Part shown: positions 55,182 to 64,000 of the stretch, one piece after another
How the letters are laid out: each line of letters starts with the position of its first letter
How positions within the stretch are numbered: position 1 is the first letter of the stretch
Origin: Euryarchaeota archaeon UBA558
GTDB taxonomy: Archaea > Thermoplasmatota > Poseidoniia > Poseidoniales > Thalassarchaeaceae
Assembly: GCA_002507175.1 (NCBI GenBank)
Contig: DAZE01000005.1
Location: forward strand, 20,980-84,979
Direction of reading: 5' to 3'
Length of the DNA: 64,000 nt
Notes under the pieces: model-generated
The model's database searches: none
Told to the model about the DNA's origin: nothing
The model's input: only the letters and a program-made list of their open reading frames with translations
Program-made: the position numbers and the translations under genes

Positions 55182-56831
55182 ATGATGAATGGGCCGAGGC
55201 GATCTTCCAAGATCTTCAATCGGACGAATAGACAAAGACTCCTACAGTTCTCTTTTTGGTCTGTTTTGACACTCTTAATCGCGTTCATCGCATCGACCTA
55301 CATCGTTGATGGGAAGACACAACAATCCGCATATGGGGACGACTGGGATGATCTTGGCGATTTCAGATCTGAAATTAACTCAATGGGGGTCGAGACAACA
55401 GCCATGGTTTCAAGCCCACTCCTCCTCTCTGAAATCGATAACCCCGAGGAAACTGTGTTTGTTGTGTCCGGGGTGGAACGTGACACGATATCCCTACCTC
55501 GATTTACAGATGACGAATCCATTGTTGAACTGTCTGACTCCGACGGCTACACTGGCTCAGAGATCGAGGCAATCGTGGAGTACGTGCAAGCAGGTGGAAC
55601 ACTCCTCTTGATGGATGACTTCGGGTACTCGTCTGCACTGGCCCAAGAATACAATATTGTCTTCTCGAATCATCAATTGTATGACGGAGAGGCATGGGCC
55701 AGGGAGCTAGATTACAACTACGTCTGGACGAATGTCACCAATGCTCACAATCTTACTCAGACCTCTGGATCGACCTCAGTTTACCACCCGTGTTTAGCAG
55801 ACAGGGATTCGGACCTAATTCTGGACTTGATCGACCCTGACCCAGATTCGCAGAATGTGGGATTCATCCCAACCGATGACTCATTCGGGATGTGCGGGCA
55901 CCGTTGGGACTCCGAACAAAAGACCTATGATTTCTCTGAGAGTTATAACCTCCTGACTAGCAAACCATCTGCATTCGACAAAGAGTCCTCGTTCTCCCCA
56001 GCGGAGAATCGCTATCCGATAATCGTCTCTACGCTGGACTCCTACTTAGACTCAAATGATGATGGGGATTTGACCCCGGCATTTGAGGCAGCCGGGATAC
56101 AAGGGGACGAACAGGGACCATTCGCAGTTTATGCCAGGATCTGCTCTTCCAGACTGTGCGCTGAGCCTTCCTCAGGACAGGTCCACATCGCCTCAGACGG
56201 CTCACTCCTCATCAATGCAATATACTCATCATCGAACATCGATGGATCTAATGTCCCTGACAATGATAACAGGTTATGGGCATTGGACATAATCGCTGAT
56301 GCCCTATTGATTGGGAATAGTTCCTTGAAGCCGAGTGAGAATGCCGTGGTAATTTTCGATGAGAGTCGACATCAACAAACGAACCCACTTTCCGACACAT
56401 ACAATTTAGCATACTACTTCCTTGTGTATTTCACAAATGATTGGATGGCGATGCTCATACTGTTCCTTGCGCTCTTCATGATGTTGGAAGTGGTACTTAT
56501 TCGCAAAGAGGACCCAGAGGACTGGCGGCATGTCTTTAGGATAATTTACTATGGTTTTGGTGATGCAAAGAGGTATGAGTTTTATCAGCACCCAGACAAA
56601 ATAAGACAGGTATTTTTGTCAAAGATAAGGAGCACAAACACGATGACGAGGGAGGAGTTCGACTCGTTGTCATCGGAGGAGCTTCAAATTCTAGTAGACG
56701 ATCAAGTGCTACTTCGATTTATTTATGATAATCGCAAGTACAAAACCCAAGAACTGGTTGCTATCGTAAAGAGAATGCGAGAATGGGGCCCAGACGACAA
56801 TGAGCCAGACGAAGATCTGATGGACATGTGA
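55182..56831 (+). CDS. Membrane-anchored DUF4350-like (GATase-like) protein
   Basis: N-terminal TM, YVQAGGTLLLMDDFG, SDGSLLIN, VIFDESRH, C-terminal TM; Asp-rich Ca-type loops. Confidence 0.65.
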   Translation: MMNGPRRSSKIFNRTNRQRLLQFSFWSVLTLLIAFIASTYIVDGKTQQSAYGDDWDDLGDFRSEINSMGVETTAMVSSPLLLSEIDNPEETVFVVSGVERDTISLPRFTDDESIVELSDSDGYTGSEIEAIVEYVQAGGTLLLMDDFGYSSALAQEYNIVFSNHQLYDGEAWARELDYNYVWTNVTNAHNLTQTSGSTSVYHPCLADRDSDLILDLIDPDPDSQNVGFIPTDDSFGMCGHRWDSEQKTYDFSESYNLLTSKPSAFDKESSFSPAENRYPIIVSTLDSYLDSNDDGDLTPAFEAAGIQGDEQGPFAVYARICSSRLCAEPSSGQVHIASDGSLLINAIYSSSNIDGSNVPDNDNRLWALDIIADALLIGNSSLKPSENAVVIFDESRHQQTNPLSDTYNLAYYFLVYFTNDWMAMLILFLALFMMLEVVLIRKEDPEDWRHVFRIIYYGFGDAKRYEFYQHPDKIRQVFLSKIRSTNTMTREEFDSLSSEELQILVDDQVLLRFIYDNRKYKTQELVAIVKRMREWGPDDNEPDEDLMDM

Positions 56832-56836
56832 TAGCG

Positions 56837-58090
56837 ATGTGGACAAGAAAGGCAACGATGATGCTCGTCGGGGGGGTATCACTCATTCTAGTGGGGATGA
56901 TGGTGAGCCATTTCCATCTGATGATTCTGGGCATGCTCATGGTATCTTTGCTGGTAATGGCCAGTTGGATAAGCGGATATCCAAAACTGGTCGTTGAGAG
57001 GGAATTGTCTGAAGAAAACGTGTACAAAGGAGACGACATAACTGTGACACTCACGATCAGCAACCAATCAAGACGAAGAACACAAACCTTGGATATCTAT
57101 GACAATGTGCCTCATGAAATGAAGATCAGAAGGGGAATAAACATGATCAGAGCTAACCTTGGACCAGGACAATCAACCGTGTTGAGATATACTGTTAGGT
57201 GTCCATTGCGAGGCCACTTTTCCATAGGCCCCACTTCCTTGAGATACAGGGACGTATTTGGGCTGTTTACCGATGAGGGCGTAGCAGACAAGAGGAGCGA
57301 CGTGATCGTATTCCCCCAGGTCAGGGACATCGAGGATGCGTTACTTCGATCAAATGTCCCCAAGATGTATACTGGAGCCACTACCTTGAGGACACCAGGT
57401 CAGGGAACCGAATTTTACTCACTTAGGGAGTATATGCCAGGTGACTCATTTAGGTCGATTAATTGGAAGGCCTTCGCGAGAACAGGGGACCTTATGGTTA
57501 ACGAGAAAGTCCGCGACGCAGTCACTGACGTCCACATTCTCTTCGACACAAGGGACATTTCTAGGATCGGTACAGTGCTCAAGAATCCACTGGAGATGGG
57601 GGCCGTGGCTACTGCATCCGTATCCAACCATTTCATCAGAAGGCGAGATGCAGTCTCACTGACAACTTATGGTCGGAGGATGGACCATCTTCCTGCAGAG
57701 GCAGGGGATAAGCAACAATACAAGATCCTGAGCCTACTTGCTGGGGTATCTGCAGGAGGAACAATGCCCCTCCAGGCAGTGACCAATGCGCTAATACCTA
57801 GGATGAATCGAGGCTCACCAGTTTTCGTTGTTAGTAGCCTTGAGGGAGACGGGACCACATTGCCTGCGATAAGGGCCTTGTCCAGTCACGGACATACTGT
57901 TTATGTCCTCTCTCCCAATTCAATTGATTTGGAGCGACTTGTGAGTAGAATTCCAAGGATGGCGTATGAGGTGTTAAAGATGGAGCGGCAAAATAGGCTG
58001 ATGTCGTTGAACGGCTACGGCGCTAACGTGATTGATTGGGTTCCGGACATTGACCTCGCACAAGCTCTATTGCAAGTCAAAAAGGGATAG
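56837..58090 (+). CDS. DUF58 family protein (vWA-like, normally MoxR-associated)
   Basis: RGHF.IGP, D.FGLF, EFYSLREYMPGD..R.INWKA.AR...L.VNE. Confidence 0.9.
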   Translation: MWTRKATMMLVGGVSLILVGMMVSHFHLMILGMLMVSLLVMASWISGYPKLVVERELSEENVYKGDDITVTLTISNQSRRRTQTLDIYDNVPHEMKIRRGINMIRANLGPGQSTVLRYTVRCPLRGHFSIGPTSLRYRDVFGLFTDEGVADKRSDVIVFPQVRDIEDALLRSNVPKMYTGATTLRTPGQGTEFYSLREYMPGDSFRSINWKAFARTGDLMVNEKVRDAVTDVHILFDTRDISRIGTVLKNPLEMGAVATASVSNHFIRRRDAVSLTTYGRRMDHLPAEAGDKQQYKILSLLAGVSAGGTMPLQAVTNALIPRMNRGSPVFVVSSLEGDGTTLPAIRALSSHGHTVYVLSPNSIDLERLVSRIPRMAYEVLKMERQNRLMSLNGYGANVIDWVPDIDLAQALLQVKKG

Positions 58091-59332
58091 GTGAGTGAAT
58101 TGAGTTCCGAGGGAGTTGAAACTGGTAAATCTCTGAGATTACGATCCGTCAGGACCCGCTGGCAGATCTTGGCCTTACAACTCGTGGCGACTGCGTCACT
58201 GGCCGCTCTTGTGTTGACCATGACTTCGAAATATGGGGAATGCGATCAGGACTTCATTCAAGAAGCAGATGGCGAGAATTATTGGTGCCCAGCATTTGAG
58301 CATACTCGCGGGATTGTCTATGTAGAGGACTCTTTCCAACGGGAATCAATCTTGCCGGACATCATTACGGGCGCCGACCAAGTAGGCAACTCATCATTTT
58401 TGTACCCCACAATTTTTTGTCTGTTCCTAACCGGCGCCCGTGCTTACACGTCCACTCGGGGGGCAAAATTCCGTCGAAGATTAAGAGTTGGAATTTATAC
58501 CATGGCTCTACTTTTCGGTTTGGGCCCCTTCCTCTTCGAATGGATATCTGGAATGGTCACTTACAGGCAAGCATACATCCCATTCGGCCAGAATCTGGAC
58601 ATATTCAACCATGCTGACAGGCTCTCGGTTCCAATGCAGTTGATTTCAGAGATCATTGTAATGGGAGTGGTCTTCGTTCCAGTTTTATTTGGTCTGATTG
58701 GAATATGGAACCTCTCAATGAGGTCAATAGTGGCGACCATGAGTTACGTTGTCATGTTCATCATGTTCCACGCCCTATTGACATTCGAGGCTGTACTTGA
58801 TTCAGTTCAGGGTATAGGGCTGAAGCCACTCCCTGCGCAGATCGGAGAATCTAGCATGTTCGGTGGATTGGTTTCACCACTCGCGTTTGAGCTGATTACG
58901 ATCTCAGTGGTCCTTTTTTTGTTCTACGAATCCTCTCACATGTGCATACGCCTGTTTGAGTACGTAGCTATGTTGCCAGAGAGCGCCCGGACTGACAGCG
59001 AACACATCAGGATGTTTCAAACCGTACTGAACACTCATCTCTTCCAACTCTTTGGTGTTATCTCCTTAGCGACTCTCCTGACTGCAATAGCATTGGATTT
59101 CGATGATATTCTGATAACCGTAATTTCTGAGTTTCAACCAAATCAGTGGAGTCAGCAGGTCAAAGACTCGCTGGAGTTGCAAATGACCTATGGTAAGGTA
59201 ATTTCAGCAGGTCTATTCCTCCTCTTCGTGAGCATGGCCCGATATCTTGTTCCATGGCAATTGGTCCTGGGTTGGTTTGAGTCACTATTCAGAGGAGGCT
59301 CGAAAAAGCCCGCTTCTGATTCTGAAAGGTGA
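58091..59332 (+). CDS. Hypothetical multi-pass membrane protein
   Basis: About 8 TM; GTG immediately after the DUF58 stop. Confidence 0.65.
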   Translation: MSELSSEGVETGKSLRLRSVRTRWQILALQLVATASLAALVLTMTSKYGECDQDFIQEADGENYWCPAFEHTRGIVYVEDSFQRESILPDIITGADQVGNSSFLYPTIFCLFLTGARAYTSTRGAKFRRRLRVGIYTMALLFGLGPFLFEWISGMVTYRQAYIPFGQNLDIFNHADRLSVPMQLISEIIVMGVVFVPVLFGLIGIWNLSMRSIVATMSYVVMFIMFHALLTFEAVLDSVQGIGLKPLPAQIGESSMFGGLVSPLAFELITISVVLFLFYESSHMCIRLFEYVAMLPESARTDSEHIRMFQTVLNTHLFQLFGVISLATLLTAIALDFDDILITVISEFQPNQWSQQVKDSLELQMTYGKVISAGLFLLFVSMARYLVPWQLVLGWFESLFRGGSKKPASDSER

Positions 59333-59334
59333 AA

Positions 59335-59640
59335 TTACCTTATTTTGAGTATACGCTCGACGACCCGGACGGTGATCTCCGAAGCAAACAAGGAAATCAA
59401 AATGAATGCTGGATAGACAAATAGTGACGAATTACCGAAGTCTGGTAGAATCACTCCTCTAACGTGAGAGGCCAATGAGATCGCCCCAATGATGCAGGCG
59501 GAAAGTACAGCCCTTTCCAACCAAGGAGTGGACCTTCTTCCACTAGGGAGACTGGAATTTGGAAGGGGCGGTGTTGAGTTCATAACAATGCGAGATGTGT
59601 CTGATGGAAGAACCCTCCTCCTTCCATTGCGTTCAAACAT
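59335..59640 (-). CDS. Small 2-TM membrane protein
   Basis: Two hydrophobic helices; start may be 59583. Confidence 0.45.
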   Translation of the reverse strand: MFERNGRRRVLPSDTSRIVMNSTPPLPNSSLPSGRRSTPWLERAVLSACIIGAISLASHVRGVILPDFGNSSLFVYPAFILISLFASEITVRVVERILKIR

Positions 59641-59660
59641 AATTACCTTCGCGGACGCTC

Positions 59661-60656
59661 ATGTGCGGGCTGCAAATAGAACCCTGTAGCCGTTGTGAAA
59701 ACCCCAGCGTAGTGCATCAGCCTTACAGTGGTCAGAGGCTATGTGCTAGGCACCTCAGGGCCTCCATAAGAAAGAGGGTCTCCAAGGATCTTAGGAACCA
59801 GCTATCACTTCCCAAGGATGCCAGAGGGGCCGATGGGAGCCCTTTTCGCATTCTTGCTGCAGTGAGCGGGGGGAAGGATTCAGCGATAATGCTGCATATG
59901 TTGTGTGACATACTGGGAAAACGGCGAGACATCGAGATTGTCGCCGGAGTTGTAGATGAAGGGATAGACGGATACAGATCCCCTTCGATAGACTGTGTCG
60001 AGAAATTGTGTTCTATGATGAATGTGGAGTTAGTAAGAATAGGATATGAGGATATTGGGTACCAACGGATGGATGAGGTTGTAAAGATCATGCCAGCCAT
60101 CGCGGAGAAAAACCCCGATGCAAAGGGTATGATGCCATGCTCATTCTGCGGGGTTTTCAGAAGGCAAAGCCTGAACACTCTCGCTGAAAAGACAAATGCG
60201 AGGGCAATGGCCTTGGGACATAATTTAGATGATATGGCACAGTCAATTTTGATGAATATGCAAAAGGGAGAGGTTGAGAGGTCGGTGAGGCTTGCTCCTC
60301 ATACCGAAACTCCAATTGATGGGCTACCGCCTAGAATAGTGCCCCTCAGATGGATTCCTGAGCAGGAAATCCACGCACTCGCGATGGTCATGGAGCTACC
60401 GTTTTTCCACGGAGAGTGCCCTCATGCTGCTGGAGCCCAACGACAAACAAGCAGAAACATAATCGCAGCGCTTGAGACAAACACACCGGGTGCTAGACAT
60501 GGACTGTTACACAGTTTAGAGAATATTCGAGAGGTCTATTCACTGAATGGAGGAGGAAACTTGGATGTGAAATCCTGCTCGGTCTGTGGTGGGGTCACAA
60601 GCAGGGAGGTTTGTCAGTCCTGTACGATGAAATCATGGTTGAATGAACAGATTTGA
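59661..60656 (+). CDS. ncsA: tRNA 2-thiolation protein (NcsA/TtuA/Ctu1 family)
   Basis: N-terminal CxxC...C..H, SGGKDS PP-loop, CSFCGVFRR, GHNLDD, CP, C-terminal CxxC/CxxC. Confidence 0.88.
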   Translation: MCGLQIEPCSRCENPSVVHQPYSGQRLCARHLRASIRKRVSKDLRNQLSLPKDARGADGSPFRILAAVSGGKDSAIMLHMLCDILGKRRDIEIVAGVVDEGIDGYRSPSIDCVEKLCSMMNVELVRIGYEDIGYQRMDEVVKIMPAIAEKNPDAKGMMPCSFCGVFRRQSLNTLAEKTNARAMALGHNLDDMAQSILMNMQKGEVERSVRLAPHTETPIDGLPPRIVPLRWIPEQEIHALAMVMELPFFHGECPHAAGAQRQTSRNIIAALETNTPGARHGLLHSLENIREVYSLNGGGNLDVKSCSVCGGVTSREVCQSCTMKSWLNEQI

Positions 60657-60676
60657 TTCTATCTTTCGCCTTTTCA

Positions 60677-60703
60677 TTTAAATACCGCCCCTTCAAAAGG
60701 TGG
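60677..60703 (+). promoter_or_regulatory. TATA box and RBS of the SAP-domain gene
   Basis: TTTAAATA at 60677-60684; AGGTGG at 60698-60703; ATG 60708. Confidence 0.5.
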
Positions 60704-60707
60704 AAAT

Positions 60708-61034
60708 ATGCAACGAGAAGATTTGGAAAGTATGACTGTGGCTAATCTGAAGGTTTTACTCTCGGAACTATCCCTACCCGTCTCAGGTAAGAAAGCCGAA
60801 CTCATAGATAGAATTCTCCAGAACCAAAGTCCTGATACTATTGAGGTGGAACCTTCGTCTGAGAAGGAAATCGACGACGGGAACCAAGATCCTACTCGCG
60901 AGGATATCGAAACAGTAGTCTCAAAAATGGTGGAAGGTCGAATCGTTAATGAAGAATCAGAGATAACTCTCCAAACAATAGTCTTGATTGGCGTCGTAAT
61001 CCTTGCCTTGGGGTTGGTTGTCTTTTCTCTCTGA
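60708..61034 (+). CDS. SAP-domain protein with C-terminal transmembrane anchor
   Basis: LESMTVANLKVLLSELSLPVSGKKAELIDRI = SAP consensus; acidic linker; terminal IVLIGVVILALGLVVFSL. Confidence 0.85.
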   Translation: MQREDLESMTVANLKVLLSELSLPVSGKKAELIDRILQNQSPDTIEVEPSSEKEIDDGNQDPTREDIETVVSKMVEGRIVNEESEITLQTIVLIGVVILALGLVVFSL

Positions 61035-61048
61035 GATCCTCTAGTCGC

Positions 61049-62131
61049 TCATATTGTTTTGAGATCTCTGTTTCCATCGCCTCCGGGCCCAACCCACGGG
61101 TCTGGTTTGTTCCCAAGAATTTCATCTATGGTCTCCATATGCTCCTCAGTAAGCCTCTTTGCGACGTCAATGCATCCTAGATTCTCTTTCAGTTGATCCT
61201 CATTCGTGGCCCCTAATAGAATGGTTGAGACGTTCTTGTTTTTCATACACCATGCCAATGCGAGCTGAGCCATACTACAATTCAACTCATCTTCCGCTAA
61301 AGATGCCAACTTCCTGAGGACCTCTATCTCGCCCCTCTCCTCCCTTTCTCGTAATTCGTCCTTTAACCAACTGTAGATCTCAACAGTCGCCCTAGACCCT
61401 TCAGGTATACCTTCATTGTATTTGCCCGTGAGGAAACCCGAACGTAGTGGCGACCAAATGGTGGTCCCCAAGGAATAGGGGGGATTAAACAACGGGAAAT
61501 ATTCTTTTTCGAAACGTTCCCTATGCAGCATGTTGTATTGCGGTTGCTCGAATGATGGCGGCTCTAGCCCCTCGGTCCTAGCAATCCAGAAGGCCTCAGT
61601 GATCTGTTGAGCAGACCATTCACTCGTCCCCCATGATGTAGAAGCCCCGGATCTAACGATGTCCGTCATGGCCCTGACAACAGTCGACGTAGGGGTGTGA
61701 GGGTCAGGCCTATGGCAAAATACCATGTCCACGTAATCCAAGCCTAGACGCTCTAGTGATGAATCAATCCCCTCCATAATGTGCTTCCTCGACAATCCTC
61801 GTTCGTTAACCCCGCTCCCTCCCCAGAAGATTTTGGTGGTAATCACCAGATCCGAGCGCCTCCAAACTTCCGGGTCTTCTTCAATCAATTCTGAAAGTGC
61901 GATTCCGAAGATTCTCTCGGCTTCCCCTGGGGGTGTACCATAGGCCTCGGCGTGATCGAAGCAGTTCACTCCTGCCTCACGGGCAATTTTCAGCAATTGC
62001 TTCGCTTTTTCGATTCCGGCTTTTCCCGAAAGATCTTGTTTTACACCATAAGTCGCCCAAAATCCATATGAGAGCACTGAAACCTGCAACCCTGTAGTTC
62101 CCATCATTCGATAATACATATTGTCCGCCAT
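61049..62131 (-). CDS. Aldo/keto reductase (Kv-beta-like subgroup)
   Basis: FD.AE.YG, ITTKIFWG, GLSRKHI, FCHRPD, WGTSEWS, WSPL, QLALAW. Confidence 0.92.
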   Translation of the reverse strand: MADNMYYRMMGTTGLQVSVLSYGFWATYGVKQDLSGKAGIEKAKQLLKIAREAGVNCFDHAEAYGTPPGEAERIFGIALSELIEEDPEVWRRSDLVITTKIFWGGSGVNERGLSRKHIMEGIDSSLERLGLDYVDMVFCHRPDPHTPTSTVVRAMTDIVRSGASTSWGTSEWSAQQITEAFWIARTEGLEPPSFEQPQYNMLHRERFEKEYFPLFNPPYSLGTTIWSPLRSGFLTGKYNEGIPEGSRATVEIYSWLKDELREREERGEIEVLRKLASLAEDELNCSMAQLALAWCMKNKNVSTILLGATNEDQLKENLGCIDVAKRLTEEHMETIDEILGNKPDPWVGPGGDGNRDLKTI

Positions 62132-62250
62132 GTATGGTGCTGGTCAAGTGCCGTACTCAAGATTTATGACTATGATGACCTAATATTCCCCCTCGAAAGT
62201 ATCACAAGGCATATGGGCGGACTGCACCCGTAGTGATTGCGGGATACAAC

Positions 62251-63177
62251 ATGGACCTCATTACAATGGATGACCTAACCAATGATGAATCGCTATCACT
62301 TTTGGAGGACGCCAAGAGGTTGATGCCCGTAGCCAATGGGTCAGCGTATCTACCTCTTCTGGAGGGAAGGGTGCTAGGGAATTTGTTTTTTGAAAATTCA
62401 ACGAGAACAAGGCTCTCTTTTGAAACCGCCATGAAGAGACTCGGAGGCGAAGTACTCAATTTGAGTGACGTCGGCTCATCGGTCAAGAAGGGGGAGACTC
62501 TCTACGACACTATGCAGATGATAGATGGATATGCTGACATAGCGGTAATTCGACATCCCAGACAAGGAGCTGCACAATATGCTGCAGACGCAGTCGAAAT
62601 ACCTATTCTGAATGCTGGGGATGGCGCAGGTAATCATCCCACCCAGACCTTACTCGATTTATTCACAATTAAACAAGGGCATGGAAATATCCAAGACCTT
62701 CGAGTGGTTTTAGTTGGCGATCTTAGGTATGGGAGGACGGTACATAGTCTGAGTCACGCCTTAAGCCGGTTTGGTGCATCATTGACCTTCGTTTCCCCCG
62801 AGAGCCTAATGATGCCGGAAGAAATTGTTAGGGATCTAAAATCAAACGGATGTGATGTAACCGAAACTTCCGATCTACTATCCGTCCTGGGATCCTCAGA
62901 TGTCGTTTACATGACCCGAATACAAAGGGAAAGATTCCCGGACGAGGCGGAGTATGAGAAAGTAGCCGGAATATACACAATAAAATCCGATGACCTAGCC
63001 CACGCCCCCTCTAACATGATGATTATGCATCCACTGCCTAGAGTTAGTGAGATTCACCCTAGTATTGACTCTACTAGTCATGCTTGGTACTTTAGACAGG
63101 CATTCAATGGCGTTCCTACTCGAATGGCTCTTCTGTGCCGAAGTCTCGGAGTTCAAGTTCCGGAGGTGATTAATTGA
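62251..63177 (+). CDS. pyrB: Aspartate carbamoyltransferase catalytic subunit
   Basis: FFENSTRTRLSF, KGETLYDT, NAGDG..HPTQ, MHPLPR. Confidence 0.97.
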   Translation: MDLITMDDLTNDESLSLLEDAKRLMPVANGSAYLPLLEGRVLGNLFFENSTRTRLSFETAMKRLGGEVLNLSDVGSSVKKGETLYDTMQMIDGYADIAVIRHPRQGAAQYAADAVEIPILNAGDGAGNHPTQTLLDLFTIKQGHGNIQDLRVVLVGDLRYGRTVHSLSHALSRFGASLTFVSPESLMMPEEIVRDLKSNGCDVTETSDLLSVLGSSDVVYMTRIQRERFPDEAEYEKVAGIYTIKSDDLAHAPSNMMIMHPLPRVSEIHPSIDSTSHAWYFRQAFNGVPTRMALLCRSLGVQVPEVIN

Positions 63178-63641
63178 GCGAAATGAGGAGAGTTTCAGCG
63201 ATATGCAATGGAACAGTGATCGACCATATACCATCTGGAAGGGCCGTACAAGTAATGCGAATGTTGCACATAGACGGATCTCAATCCAATCCAATCTCTC
63301 TCGTCATGAATGTACCAAGTGGTAAAGTTGGTAGGAAGGATGTGTTGAAAATCGAGGATAGGGAACTGAGTCAAGAAGAATTGGATAGGTTGGCCTTAGT
63401 CGCCCCTTCTGCCTCAATCGCAATCATAAGGAATTATGGTGTTGCTGAAAAGAGGAAAATCGAACTCGGGGACGAACTAATCGACATAGCAAGGTGTTCG
63501 TTCTTCAATTGCATAACTCAGAGTACCAATGAGCCGCTACCACACAAACTAAGGGTTATTTCATCGGAACCTTTGGAGATTAGATGTGCATATTGCGGGA
63601 TGTCCCAATCCGTCGATCAAATTGTTGAATCGTTGGTTTAG
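63174..63641 (+). CDS. pyrI: Aspartate carbamoyltransferase regulatory subunit
   Basis: GTVIDHI, KD.LKIE, C....CIT, CAYC. Confidence 0.95.
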   Translation: MSEMRRVSAICNGTVIDHIPSGRAVQVMRMLHIDGSQSNPISLVMNVPSGKVGRKDVLKIEDRELSQEELDRLALVAPSASIAIIRNYGVAEKRKIELGDELIDIARCSFFNCITQSTNEPLPHKLRVISSEPLEIRCAYCGMSQSVDQIVESLV

Positions 63642-63660
63642 AGCCAGTTTCGGCAGTAAC

Positions 63661-63999
63661 TCACAATCTGTCCAGAATAGATTTGAAAACCTCGGATTTG
63701 GTTCCAACCGAGCGGGCCTCCAGCCTCTTCAAAATTAATTCCGGTGTTGATCTCGCTGGAATACCTATCCTTGGAACTCTATCCACAACCAATTCCAGTT
63801 CCTCATCCAGTCCCTTTGCCTCTATACCGTCAACTCTGGCCTTGAATTCCATTTTCTTGCATATCGAAGATCCGATATGCGTAACCATCAAGATAGCATT
63901 GACGGAATTTTTCGCTGCCACATCCAGCAGACCTGCAAGAATGCCAGCCGCAGCCTCTGGTTCCGTGATTGCCTCCAACTCGTCTGCTAGTACGAATTT
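63661..63999 (-). CDS. MutS-family ATPase, C-terminal fragment (gene starts beyond the window)
   Basis: Frame open to the window edge: KFVLADELEAITEP..A (Walker B region), VTH, RVDGIEA, ARSTPELI. Confidence 0.75.
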   Translation of the reverse strand, partial: KFVLADELEAITEPEAAAGILAGLLDVAAKNSVNAILMVTHIGSSICKKMEFKARVDGIEAKGLDEELELVVDRVPRIGIPARSTPELILKRLEARSVGTKSEVFKSILDRL

Positions 64000-64000
64000 T

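Noticed and set aside
61049-62131. Voltage-gated K+ channel beta subunit
   Set aside because: No channel gene nearby, and the catalytic His (FCHRPD) of ordinary AKRs is retained

Overview
This is a gene-dense archaeal chromosomal segment of roughly 50% GC by eye. Gene content (MC1, aIF-1A/RIO1/Dim2, Hjc, CDC48, presenilin-like protease, PGF-CTERM surface protein, photolyase, bacterial-type Sdh and leucine genes) suggests marine Thermoplasmatota, probably Marine Group II / Poseidoniales; this is an inference. From 5' to 3' it holds: a partial Ig/NEW3-like surface protein; an 11-subunit complex I-like operon (nuoABCDHIJ1J2KLMN, no nuoEFG) with unusual insertions; aIF-1A/RIO1/Dim2; a photolyase; a leucine-catabolism carboxylase cluster; an orphan vsr; a Na+/solute symporter with an extra domain; serS; three membrane proteases; folC; a dCMP deaminase plus P-loop kinase; Lhr; Hjc; a macro domain; MC1; a mycobacterial Sdh1-type succinate dehydrogenase; a 35-aa zinc-finger microprotein missing from the ORF track; tRNA-Gly(CCC); an RCC1-propeller plus Cys-rich-stalk surface protein; ALDH; CDC48 with a PRC-barrel gene; DUF4350/DUF58; a tRNA thiolase; a tail-anchored SAP protein; AKR; pyrBI; and the end of a MutS-like gene. 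No CRISPR array, rRNA, transposase or integrase was seen. All family assignments come from motif recognition by eye; no database search was run.
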